IMG/VR virus record: IMGVR_UViG_3300033146_000616
Coordinates: 279-64,278 of that record
Origin: a virus
Lineage: Duplodnaviria; Caudoviricetes
DNA length: 64,000 nucleotides
Strand: one strand, 5' to 3'
Below, piece after piece: positions 41,278 to 50,447 of this stretch. Both the position numbers and the translations under genes were made by a program. The notes beneath the pieces were generated by a model. It was not told the origin of the DNA. It saw only the letters and a program-made list of their open reading frames with translations, and ran no database searches. The number at the start of each line of letters is the position of its first letter. The first letter of the stretch is position 1.

Positions 41278-42071
41278 TTTCGACCTCTAATATAACCACC
41301 GGATAGTATTCTTGGGTCGTTATCTTTAAATTTGGTTGTTTGGTTGTTTTCATTAACATACCATTTCAATCCTTGGCGATTCTTTTTTGCTTCTTCTGAT
41401 ATCTTTCGACCCGATAACGTTCTGCTTATATTTTGTTTGTGTTCCTCTGAATGTTTTTTCCCCTTTAAACTTTCACTTAATTTTTTCTTTCTTTGTTGTG
41501 CTTTTTCAAAACCATTAATTTCTTCATATGTTTTACCACTAAATCTAGGTCTATCTACTCCTCGCCATTTAGCTTTTTGTTCGTCTGTGTGGGTTTTTCC
41601 AAAAAAACCATTATCCTCTCCAAACATAACACCATACCCGTGATTTTTGACTTTTGATCTCGCATATTTCGCATGAGCTTTTACTTTTTCTGGATTGTTT
41701 TTTATATATTCCCTAAGCCCTTTTAATCTAGCAGGAAAAGATTCTCTTACCTTTTCCTTAAATTTCTTTTGTTTTTCTGGGGATAATGATGAGTATATAT
41801 CACCACCATCACCACCATCAGCAATATTATAGCATTCTTCGTTAGATGATTTTGCCGATTTTATAAATTCTTTTTCTTTTTTGTTGAGTTCCTCTAATGA
41901 ACTACACTCACATAAGATTATCTTTTTGAAATTATTCCGTCCATATTTCTTAATGGCTTTTGTTATCAATAATCCTGAACCTAAGTACTCTATTGATTCC
42001 TCAATAGAGTTACTACATTTGCCTACATAAATTTTGTTGTTTATTTGGTTTATTGTTTTATAAATATACAT
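41268..42071 (-). mobile_element. GIY-YIG (Seg-like) homing endonuclease with NUMOD3 repeats
   Basis: YIYKT.N.IN.KIYVG, YLGSG, KYG..NF, E, YNI..GG; GEDNGFFGKTHT; late promoter at 42092-42099. Confidence 0.93.
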
Positions 42072-42140
42072 ATAATTTCTCCTTATATACTTATTTATAA
42101 AAGCTGGCTGAAACCTACTTTAAATGCTCGATAAATGATT

Positions 42141-42332
42141 TCATTTCAATCCTCTGGATTTGATTTCAGCGGCAACCATTTTATGTTGAGTTTTTGCTAA
42201 TTTTGAACCTAATATTCCGGCAGTAGGAGGTTGGAATCTCCCTTGCAAAACAACACATTCTTTCTTACCTTTGGTTTTCGAAATGGCATCAATAGCAATC
42301 GCTTCATTCAAATGTTCGATAAATGTTTTCAT
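42141..42332 (-). pseudogene. truncated duplicate of the nucleotidyltransferase N-terminus
   Basis: NEAIAIDAISKTKGKKECVVLQGRFQPPTAG matches 40708-41277, then diverges exactly before the catalytic His. Confidence 0.85.
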
Positions 42333-42514
42333 TTTAATTTTACTCCAATAACCATCTGAATTAATGATTTGAACGCATCAAAATCATTATTACGCACCGC
42401 TAGATCCATCTCTTTTTCTTGAGCTTTATTAGCTTTCGAATAAAATTTAACCATTTCTTCAAAACCAATATTACCCTTATATGCGGCTTCTAATATGAAC
42501 TTGAAAGATTTCAT
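42329..42514 (-). CDS. small protein with capsid-targeting-like leader
   Basis: MKSFKFILEA; YKGNIGFEEMVKFY. Confidence 0.7.
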   Translation of the reverse strand: MKSFKFILEAAYKGNIGFEEMVKFYSKANKAQEKEMDLAVRNNDFDAFKSLIQMVIGVKLK

Positions 42515-43153
42515 TTAGTGAGCGTATGGATTCTTAACATGAGATAACCGTTTCTTCATACGTTTACTCTTAGCTTTACTAGAACCCTTTTTCATAGTCT
42601 TTTTAAAGATTCTAGCTTTCTTTCTCATTGCTGAAACTGAGATAGTTTTATCACGTTTAACAAATTTCTTTTTCTTAGAATCAAATTTGTGTGAACGTTT
42701 GAAAGCTTGTGAATTAGCACGTTTACCTAATTGTGATCTACGTTTCTTCTTGAGATAACGTAAACGCTTTTTCTGAACCGCATTAACCGCTTCATCAATA
42801 CATTCGAAATCATCAAAATCATCTTCATCCAAACCATCTGCGGAATCTATAGCTTCATCAAAATCATCATCATCATCAAGATAATATTCAAATAGACCTT
42901 GAATAATGTCCTCAATAACGTCTTGTGAAAACTTAGGAGCTAATTCATACATGATTTCTAATGCTGGATCAATGTAACCAAATTCACCAGCATCACCATC
43001 AGGCTCAGAGATTTGTTTGATTGTTTCAATAACATCTCTCAGTGTATTAACTGGATTATAATCTTCTGTTGTCCATTGCGCTTCATGGTCGAATTGATCC
43101 ACCCCATCTTTAAACATTTCATATAATGTTTTATCGCTCATTTTGACTCCCAC
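42515..43153 (-). CDS. acidic-then-basic protein, gp68-like prohead core candidate
   Basis: Acidic N-half, IDEA possible cleavage site, very K/R-rich C-half; late promoter at 43182-43189. Confidence 0.55.
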   Translation of the reverse strand: MGVKMSDKTLYEMFKDGVDQFDHEAQWTTEDYNPVNTLRDVIETIKQISEPDGDAGEFGYIDPALEIMYELAPKFSQDVIEDIIQGLFEYYLDDDDDFDEAIDSADGLDEDDFDDFECIDEAVNAVQKKRLRYLKKKRRSQLGKRANSQAFKRSHKFDSKKKKFVKRDKTISVSAMRKKARIFKKTMKKGSSKAKSKRMKKRLSHVKNPYAH

Positions 43154-43167
43154 TATTAACTAACTTA

Positions 43168-43457
43168 TTAATGTTTATCTTTATTTATAACATCTAGATA
43201 TTTATTTTTTGAAAGATTGTCTAATTTCTGGATAATAACATCAACACTTTCCCAAACTTCGACAGTTTCGCCAGATTTTAGTAACAATTTAGTAGATGCT
43301 GGTTGTTGATTTCTTATTGATGTAACATCAATATTCATCTTATATGGTACTAATCTTTCGATACTTTCAACATTCAACCAAAATTCTTTACCTGTACATT
43401 TTGATTTGGTTGGGTATTGTGGATCATAATTAAAAAAGTTAATTTAATAAACTTCAT
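43168..43457 (-). CDS. FlbD/SwrD-like small protein, frameshifted at a T6 run
   Basis: MKFIKLTF (ATG 43457) continues in the -1 frame as NYDPQ...EFWLNVESIERL...LKSGETVEVWESVDVI. Confidence 0.55.
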
Positions 43458-43822
43458 TTATCTAATCCTACTTTCTCCTGAATCTTAATTTTGATTTCTT
43501 CCCTACGTTCTTTCAATTCAACCAACTCATCTTTTAATTCTATATCATCAGGATATGCTCTAATAAGTTGCTTATGCTTGAAATAGGTTTGTGTAGTATT
43601 CTCTAATTCATTTTGAAGAATTTGTAATTGTATTTTATCAAAATCTTGTTGAATCTTTAAGTCGAAATTCATCATAGATTTTGCGGCATCATCATCAGAA
43701 ACATATCTATCTTCCATAGCGTAAATGCCGCCAGCTAAAGTAACAACTAATGTTAATATAGAAGTAGTGTATTTAATCCAAGCAGGAAATTCAGTAATCA
43801 TTTTCTTAGCTTTCTGTACCAT
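43454..43822 (-). CDS. TM plus coiled-coil protein
   Basis: One TM helix and a heptad-rich C-terminus. Confidence 0.6.
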   Translation of the reverse strand: MVQKAKKMITEFPAWIKYTTSILTLVVTLAGGIYAMEDRYVSDDDAAKSMMNFDLKIQQDFDKIQLQILQNELENTTQTYFKHKQLIRAYPDDIELKDELVELKERREEIKIKIQEKVGLDK

Positions 43823-43824
43823 TT

Positions 43825-44220
43825 TTATTCCCCTTCTTCAAGTGGTTCTGGAGGCATGATTCTAATATATAAATCATTTTGACCAGTTAAACGGATAACA
43901 CGTTTAATTAAAGTATCAATCTGTAAATCGTTATAGACTAACAGTGGTTCAGTTTCGTTATCAATATTGAATTTGATACCATCCCAATATTCGCCTTCAC
44001 CATTAATAACGAATGCTTGAAAATTTCGATTTAGGATATTGATTTTGGTTAAATCTAGGAACCAACTAAGATAATAAGCTACAACAGTTGTGCTCCATCC
44101 CAGAAATACATAAATTAATGGATTATTTACTATTTCATGTAAATAAAGATACATCGAGAAACTACCAGCGGTCATTAACATTAGTACAAATAAAAACATC
44201 ATAAATTCATTCCTATCCAA
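43825..44220 (-). CDS. membrane protein
   Basis: Two N-terminal hydrophobic helices. Confidence 0.6.
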   Translation of the reverse strand: MDRNEFMMFLFVLMLMTAGSFSMYLYLHEIVNNPLIYVFLGWSTTVVAYYLSWFLDLTKINILNRNFQAFVINGEGEYWDGIKFNIDNETEPLLVYNDLQIDTLIKRVIRLTGQNDLYIRIMPPEPLEEGE

Positions 44221-46804
44221 AAAAGTCTTCTAAAGATATATTATCTTCTGACATATTCCATCCAATTGTTTCAAATATTTTCTGTAATTGCGAAGTAAAA
44301 CATTTTTCCCATTGAATATCCCAGTCTATTGATATGTTGTTATTTATACGTTCAGGCATCTTATCTTTGATTGCCATAACTTCAATTCCAAAAATATTAG
44401 GAACTTTGATATAAGCATATCTAATTTTATCGCCTTGGTTAATTGGTTGATAATCTAAATCCAATTTCATATCAATCAACGCTTTATTAAATGCGATTGC
44501 TGATCTAACATGAGCTTGAGCACCAGTAGCGCCTTCAACATATTTATTGAAAGTAGAAACACTTCTTGGCATTGATAACTCTTCAAAAGGTAAAGTCATA
44601 AATTCATCTTTCCATTCTTTAAATTTATCCTTAATCATTTGCTCATCTCTAAATTGGAATATCAATTCAAGCGATTGTTTCAATTTAGCTCTAGTAAATT
44701 GTGGAGTTGTGGATTGGATTAATGATAAACCTTTTGTCTTCAATTTCACTTTACCGACTTCAAATTTGGTCTTGTCAAAATTCCATTTACCTAATTCTAA
44801 TGTTTCACGATTGAAGAATTCCTCACCTTCGTCATTAATAATTCTCATGGAATATTTTTTCTTCTCAACTGATATCCAAGCATCAGCTAGGACTTCAGAT
44901 TCCATTATCAATGTATTAGAATGAGTATTCAATCCCTTAGTTAATCTCTCAAAGAATTCGACTAATTTAGGCTCAACTAACATAGATGATAATTTCATAC
45001 AGAAGTCGTGATCATCAATGAAAGTATGTTCTTTGTTCTTGAATCTCTTATCAATCAATGGTTGAAAATCTAAAAAGATTGAATCTGTATCGGTATAAAG
45101 TGAAACTAAACCTTGAATCTCATCTTTAATATATTTGGCAGAACCTTTAACTGAAGCTTGTCCAGCAGAAGTAATCGAACCAGCCATTCTAATATCGAAA
45201 TATCTAAACCAAATATTAGACATCGCACCATAAAGTGAGTTCATTAAAGTTTTGAATGCTAATTGTTTTGAATCTAAAGCGTTATATTCATTTGAAGAAA
45301 AATCAATTGTCTTCATTAGCGATTTGGTTTTCTTTCTGGATTTGAAAATTTCATCAACAACTTCAGGAATAAATCCTAATTTATCTCTTCGGAAAAACTC
45401 TCCCCAAGGTGTCATACATAAATCATATTTTTGAAGTAATGGTTTAACATTTTCTTCTAACCAATTAACATCAAATGTGTTATCATTTATCATCCATATG
45501 AATTCTTTATCAGAATATTTCGGTCTAATAGAATCAGCTAAAACTTGTAACTCTTTAGGTAAAGCTGAAAATTCCATTATAGTTTCATTTGAAATGTTAT
45601 ATGAAATAATCGAATTTGGATATGAAGAAGCAATATCAAATACCATATTCATACCATTCAATCCTTTATGTGGTTTTTCAACCCAACCGCCAGGAAATGA
45701 TGATTTGATATTAGTTTTTCTAGGAGGACATAATATCTTTTTCTGTAATAATATATTATACAAATAAGCATCCCAAATACCAACAGTTCCCATAACATCA
45801 GTAAATAAACATTTCGCCATATATGTTAGGTTGACTGCCAATCTTAGATATTGTCGTTTATCGTCAATTAGACCAACCAACTCGCAATCTTTTATATTAT
45901 AATCAATATATGTTTGAAAATCATTATGGTAAAGATCAGTTAATGACGTATTATCGCCTGCTTTATAATCTAATTTACCTTTGCCTAATTCTGCTTGAGC
46001 AATAACTTCTAATGATTTCCCATCTCTAGGTTCAAAATTGAATTTAGCATATAATTCCATATAATAGATAACAGTACCCATAATGTCATAGGTATTCACT
46101 TCATTATCGAAGGCATCTTTATATGTTCTAGCCTTCAATTTATTGATAGGTGAGATTTTGTTAGCCCATAATTTTCCTAAGACTTTTTTAATGCGATTAA
46201 CCATATAAGGAATATCGAAATTAATGATATTCCATCCAGTCAATATATCAGGTCTACGTTCAACACAATAATCAATATATTGTCTCAACAAATCTTTCTC
46301 ATTATCGCAATGGATATAATCGACATTTTCTTTATTATGATTTTTGTAGTTATTGAAGCCAAAAGTGGTATATGTTTTCTTGACAACATCTTGAATTGTG
46401 ATAGCAGTAACGGGCCAATCAGCTATTTCAGCATCTGGGAATCCATCTTCTCTTAGTACTTCGATATCAAAGTTATCAATTCTCATTTGGTCCCATTGAA
46501 TCGGAATTTCGGTATGATAAGTTGAAGCGAGAAACATATATTCTGGACGGATATTACCATAGATATCTATATAATCTTCATTATCTCTAGCCCATTTTTT
46601 GAAATTTGTAATCGAATCGAATTGTTTCAACTCTAAAGGTTTATCGTATAAAGTTTTGATAGATGATTCAGAGACTGAAGGTGAAACTATTCCACAAAAT
46701 GGTTTGAAATCAATATATTCTTCATGCCTAGAACCATTTTCTAGGTATCGGTGATAGATAGTATCTTTGGATGTCATTTCGATTGATAATAGTGATTTTG
46801 GCAT
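44213..46804 (-). CDS. gp43: family B DNA polymerase
   Basis: FDIE, GWN...FDIPY, YNIKD, FDIASSYP, KTLMNSLYG, YTDTDS, KKKY; C-terminal SLEDFF clamp-binding tail. Confidence 0.97.
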   Translation of the reverse strand: MPKSLLSIEMTSKDTIYHRYLENGSRHEEYIDFKPFCGIVSPSVSESSIKTLYDKPLELKQFDSITNFKKWARDNEDYIDIYGNIRPEYMFLASTYHTEIPIQWDQMRIDNFDIEVLREDGFPDAEIADWPVTAITIQDVVKKTYTTFGFNNYKNHNKENVDYIHCDNEKDLLRQYIDYCVERRPDILTGWNIINFDIPYMVNRIKKVLGKLWANKISPINKLKARTYKDAFDNEVNTYDIMGTVIYYMELYAKFNFEPRDGKSLEVIAQAELGKGKLDYKAGDNTSLTDLYHNDFQTYIDYNIKDCELVGLIDDKRQYLRLAVNLTYMAKCLFTDVMGTVGIWDAYLYNILLQKKILCPPRKTNIKSSFPGGWVEKPHKGLNGMNMVFDIASSYPNSIISYNISNETIMEFSALPKELQVLADSIRPKYSDKEFIWMINDNTFDVNWLEENVKPLLQKYDLCMTPWGEFFRRDKLGFIPEVVDEIFKSRKKTKSLMKTIDFSSNEYNALDSKQLAFKTLMNSLYGAMSNIWFRYFDIRMAGSITSAGQASVKGSAKYIKDEIQGLVSLYTDTDSIFLDFQPLIDKRFKNKEHTFIDDHDFCMKLSSMLVEPKLVEFFERLTKGLNTHSNTLIMESEVLADAWISVEKKKYSMRIINDEGEEFFNRETLELGKWNFDKTKFEVGKVKLKTKGLSLIQSTTPQFTRAKLKQSLELIFQFRDEQMIKDKFKEWKDEFMTLPFEELSMPRSVSTFNKYVEGATGAQAHVRSAIAFNKALIDMKLDLDYQPINQGDKIRYAYIKVPNIFGIEVMAIKDKMPERINNNISIDWDIQWEKCFTSQLQKIFETIGWNMSEDNISLEDFFG

Positions 46805-46814
46805 TTAGACTCCT

Positions 46815-46871
46815 AAAAAAAAGAAAACTCGTGTACTTATTTAATTATACACGAGTTTTCCAGTTTGTCAA
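46815..46871 (-). promoter_or_regulatory. terminator hairpin overlapping the sigma70 promoter of gp43
   Basis: 13-bp stem GAAAACTCGTGTA/TACACGAGTTTTC plus U8; TTGACA at 46866-46871, TATAAT at 46844-46849. Confidence 0.8.
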
Positions 46872-46874
46872 GTG

Positions 46875-47609
46875 TTAGTTCTTTATGATATGTTCGGCGG
46901 GGATATCTAAGATGAGTTTTGAAATATATTTTTCTGAATCATGTGTTTGAAAATCTTCTAATTTCTGTGTACTCGAATTTAAACGTTTGGCTCGTGTGTT
47001 TATATCAGAATTAACACCATATATAATACTCTTATAATTATGTGCTTTGCCAAATTTCAAATAAGCATCATATTCATTTTGAAAACGAATATCATCAATA
47101 ATAGCGCATGAAGCAATATTTAATGAAAACGCAAGATTAATAATAACTAATGTTATATCAATCCAAATAGAATCATATAAACAACGACCCAAATCAGTTC
47201 CAACAATTTGCATTAATTTTCTATAAGCATCAGAATAACATTCAGGTTTAGATAAATCAGAATGAATCTTGGTTAACTCTATTCTATGCTTCTCTATAGC
47301 TTCCAAAAATCTAGTATAATCAGCTTCTGGAAGGTCTAAATCCAATTCTTCAATAATCTCTAAGATAGCAATTTGAATATTGTTAATAAAATCAGCCGGA
47401 GTTGATTTGTTAAATACCTCATAAGATTTTTCTGAAGGGTCAGATCTGCCAGATTTTAATAAACCAGCGTGAGAAAAAATAGATTTAATAGGATCAGCCC
47501 ATGAAATCATCAAGACAGTTTTGCCATCAGATTTCAACTCTTTAATTTTCTGTAAAGCGAAATGAGTTTTGCCAGAACCCATTTCACCTACATAACCATA
47601 TATCTCCAT
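46875..47609 (-). CDS. deoxynucleoside monophosphate kinase (gp1-like)
   Basis: GEMGSGKT, WADPIK, RKLMQIVGTD.GR, IIDDIRFQNE, H.SE. Confidence 0.88.
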   Translation of the reverse strand: MEIYGYVGEMGSGKTHFALQKIKELKSDGKTVLMISWADPIKSIFSHAGLLKSGRSDPSEKSYEVFNKSTPADFINNIQIAILEIIEELDLDLPEADYTRFLEAIEKHRIELTKIHSDLSKPECYSDAYRKLMQIVGTDLGRCLYDSIWIDITLVIINLAFSLNIASCAIIDDIRFQNEYDAYLKFGKAHNYKSIIYGVNSDINTRAKRLNSSTQKLEDFQTHDSEKYISKLILDIPAEHIIKN

Positions 47610-48187
47610 TATTTAATTCCTGTTGAACCAAATCTACCAGCACCTCGACTCGAATTTGTGAGATATAAATCATCAAGACAAAGTTCAGCAGGTTCAGCAT
47701 ATAAAACTTCAATTAAAATACCTTGAATAATCTTCTGTCCAGGATCAATTGACGCTGGTATATCAGAAGCATTATAAATATGAACCATTAATTCACCTTG
47801 ATAATCCGCATCAATAACACAAGCACCTACAACTAAACCTTTTTTAGTTGCTATTCCAGATTTGTTTTCAAATTTCAACATATATCTGCCAAGACCAGAA
47901 CCTAGCAAGTCGATATGTATACCCATTGGGATAATAACTTTTTGCTGAGGTTGAATAATATATTCTGAATTATCATTCCAATCATTAGGAATAAAGAAAT
48001 CTAATCCAGCGGAATATTCGGTTCCACGTTCAGGCGTTTTGACAAATTTGGTTTTGGCGAATCTAAGTGTTGATGTCATCATTGAAATACACTTAAATGA
48101 GTTAACCGGAACTTCTGATGGTGGAGAAATTACTCCATCAAATGAACCAGTCTCTTGTTTATCTAAAGTATATTTTTCATTATCCAT
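47609..48187 (-). CDS. dut: trimeric dUTPase
   Basis: SAGLDF, KSG, VIDADYQGE, QGI, RGAGRFGSTG. Confidence 0.95.
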   Translation of the reverse strand: MDNEKYTLDKQETGSFDGVISPPSEVPVNSFKCISMMTSTLRFAKTKFVKTPERGTEYSAGLDFFIPNDWNDNSEYIIQPQQKVIIPMGIHIDLLGSGLGRYMLKFENKSGIATKKGLVVGACVIDADYQGELMVHIYNASDIPASIDPGQKIIQGILIEVLYAEPAELCLDDLYLTNSSRGAGRFGSTGIK

Positions 48188-48371
48188 TTTTTATTTCCTT
48201 TTCTCGTTTAGCATAACCAGCCATAAATCCTCTAATATACAATGGAGACCATTCTTCGTTACATTTCGAACATTTCATTAAATTGATAAATTTCAAATTA
48301 TTATCGGAGTCTGGATAACAATTCCCAGAACACGCAGGACATGGAAATAATGATCCATCGAAATCATTCAT
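48180..48371 (-). CDS. small zinc-ribbon protein
   Basis: CPAC...CSKC. Confidence 0.6.
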   Translation of the reverse strand: MNDFDGSLFPCPACSGNCYPDSDNNLKFINLMKCSKCNEEWSPLYIRGFMAGYAKREKEIKNG

Positions 48372-48760
48372 TTTTTAAAACCTCTTTTCTCGAAATAGTC
48401 AGTTATTTTTTTCATTTCTGATTTATCATGTTTCAGGATTTTATAATATGATTTAGCGACTTCGATATTCACTAAGTAAAAATCGCAGATATATTGGATA
48501 TCTTTATCCGCCTTGGTCTTCTTCATATTATAACTAATGTATTTATTTGACTTTGGAATCACAGTATCTAAGAAATCAAAATGCATTTGTTTAGAGATAG
48601 TTGATTGGTTCATCTCTTTAGCAAGCATTAATAGCTTCCGATCACAAGCAAAAAACCGATTGATCATATATGGAGAATAATCTTTCTCAAACGCATCTTG
48701 GGTTTCGTCAATCGGTTTTTTGTTTGTTAATCGTTTTATATAGTCAAATAATGTACTCAT
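48368..48760 (-). CDS. gp62: clamp loader small subunit
   Basis: LFDYI, YSPYMINRFF, EMN, HFDFL; follows gp44. Confidence 0.88.
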   Translation of the reverse strand: MSTLFDYIKRLTNKKPIDETQDAFEKDYSPYMINRFFACDRKLLMLAKEMNQSTISKQMHFDFLDTVIPKSNKYISYNMKKTKADKDIQYICDFYLVNIEVAKSYYKILKHDKSEMKKITDYFEKRGFKK

Positions 48761-49696
48761 TTATTTCCACTTTCCATCTAATGCGGACATTAATTCTACA
48801 CATACAGCCACTAAATTAATCTCTTGGTCGACTGCTAACGCATGGGTATGCATTCCATCTCTAAGAATAAATACCACATCAGGTATCGCTTCTGGTTTAA
48901 TGAATTTCCGAATCTCTCCATAAAACGATGAGTAAAATGAATTTGAATCTAATTCCGCACATAAAGCAGATACTTTATTAAACTGCTTGGACTTAATTAG
49001 TTGAATCATATCATTAGTTTGTGAGGATGAACCAGCCCGCAACAAATCTAATCCAATAGTATCCTTCTCCATTAGATAACCTTGAAGTTCATTAATCATC
49101 TTTCGGAAATCAGGGAAAAACTGTTGAACAAATTCAGCAACAATTGATTTCGATTTCTTATCTAATTTATGACCTTCTTGGTCTAAGATATAACAAATCC
49201 GCTTGAAATACTTTAACATGATATCTTTAGATTGATCAGAACCGTAGTTAAAGGAAATCAATTTACATCTTGATTGAAGAGGATCGATAATTTTCTGTAA
49301 ATTGTTAGTACAGAAAATAAATCGACAATTAGAAGAAGCTTCCTCTAAAACCACTTTAAGCGAATCCTGTGCTTGAGGCGATAAACGTTCGCACTCGTCA
49401 ATAATAACAATTTTAGGTGCTGGTTCTTCATCCATCAAAGAACCAATAACTGAATGAGTCATAGCAAATTGAATAACACGGTTACGGATAACATCAACAG
49501 AAGTTTCTAATGAACCATTAATATAACATTCTTCAGCACATAAATCATTAACGATAGATCGAGCAGTAGCGGTTTTACCTAAACCAGCAGAACCATAGAA
49601 CATAATGTTGGTTAGAGTTTTGGTTTTAACAATAGTTTCGAGCAATTTCTGAGTTGAATCCGGAGAGACAACATCAGAAATTGTACGAGGATTTCC
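48761..49696 (-). CDS. gp44: clamp loader AAA+ subunit (start anomalous)
   Basis: GSAGLGKT, INGS, IIDECE, LQSRC, FPDFRK. Homology (PRTISDVV) extends upstream of the TTG at 49645 to an in-frame TAG at 49697-49699. Confidence 0.9.
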   Translation of the reverse strand, partial: GNPRTISDVVSPDSTQKLLETIVKTKTLTNIMFYGSAGLGKTATARSIVNDLCAEECYINGSLETSVDVIRNRVIQFAMTHSVIGSLMDEEPAPKIVIIDECERLSPQAQDSLKVVLEEASSNCRFIFCTNNLQKIIDPLQSRCKLISFNYGSDQSKDIMLKYFKRICYILDQEGHKLDKKSKSIVAEFVQQFFPDFRKMINELQGYLMEKDTIGLDLLRAGSSSQTNDMIQLIKSKQFNKVSALCAELDSNSFYSSFYGEIRKFIKPEAIPDVVFILRDGMHTHALAVDQEINLVAVCVELMSALDGKWK

Positions 49697-49703
49697 CTAT
49701 CCT

Positions 49704-50381
49704 TTAGTCAATCATACATCCAACATAATAAGTCACGTCATTAAAGCAAGACCATTTAGAAATCTTTTTAGATGATGCTTTAATTGAATAATCACCTTGA
49801 ATAATCCGAAGTTCAGAAAAAGGAATCTTCAAAATAGTTTTATCCAGTTCGTTATTTCGGACGTTATCACGAATCAAGATTTCATAAGAGTTCGCACTTG
49901 AACCAGGCGTATCTGATGAAACTGTTAATAATACACCATCATCGGAGGTTTCGAGAAACAAATAACGAGCTTTAAAAACATTAGCTGTTTTGATAATAGT
50001 TGCTAGTTTATCAGCAGGCAAATCAAAATCTAATTCACAATCCAATTTATCGAATTTGGGTGCGATATTTGGAACTTCTGAATTTTTAATGAGATCGATA
50101 GGAGTGGTGAAAAATTGAATTTTAGAACGACCTTCTTTGATAATAACTTTGTCGCCTAGTACTTCAATTTTAGGTTTGTTGAAAGCTTCTAGAGCTTGAA
50201 GGAACATCGGTACTTCATAAATTCCGAATGGTTCGAAATCATATTCTTCTTCAAAATCATAAGTGCCGACAATTGAAGCAGATGGTTCTTTAGCACCAAA
50301 ACCTGTTGGTTTAATGATTTGTGATGGATTAATCTTAGCGAAATTACTAAGAATTGATAATTCTGTTTCTGAAAAATTCAT
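49704..50381 (-). CDS. gp45: sliding clamp
   Basis: MNFS...ILSNFAKINPS, FGIYE...FL, GDY...S.K; order 45-44-62; promoter at 50416-50443. Confidence 0.9.
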   Translation of the reverse strand: MNFSETELSILSNFAKINPSQIIKPTGFGAKEPSASIVGTYDFEEEYDFEPFGIYEVPMFLQALEAFNKPKIEVLGDKVIIKEGRSKIQFFTTPIDLIKNSEVPNIAPKFDKLDCELDFDLPADKLATIIKTANVFKARYLFLETSDDGVLLTVSSDTPGSSANSYEILIRDNVRNNELDKTILKIPFSELRIIQGDYSIKASSKKISKWSCFNDVTYYVGCMID

Positions 50382-50447
50382 TTTGTACTCCTTTTGTTAG
50401 TTAATTTGTTCTTTAATAGTAACACACTTTCCTGATTTGTCAAGTTT

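Noticed and set aside
46050-46082. gp43 segment GTVIYYMELY seems one residue short of the usual LDY.DLY motif
   Set aside because: In-frame single-codon difference; natural divergence and error cannot be distinguished without an alignment
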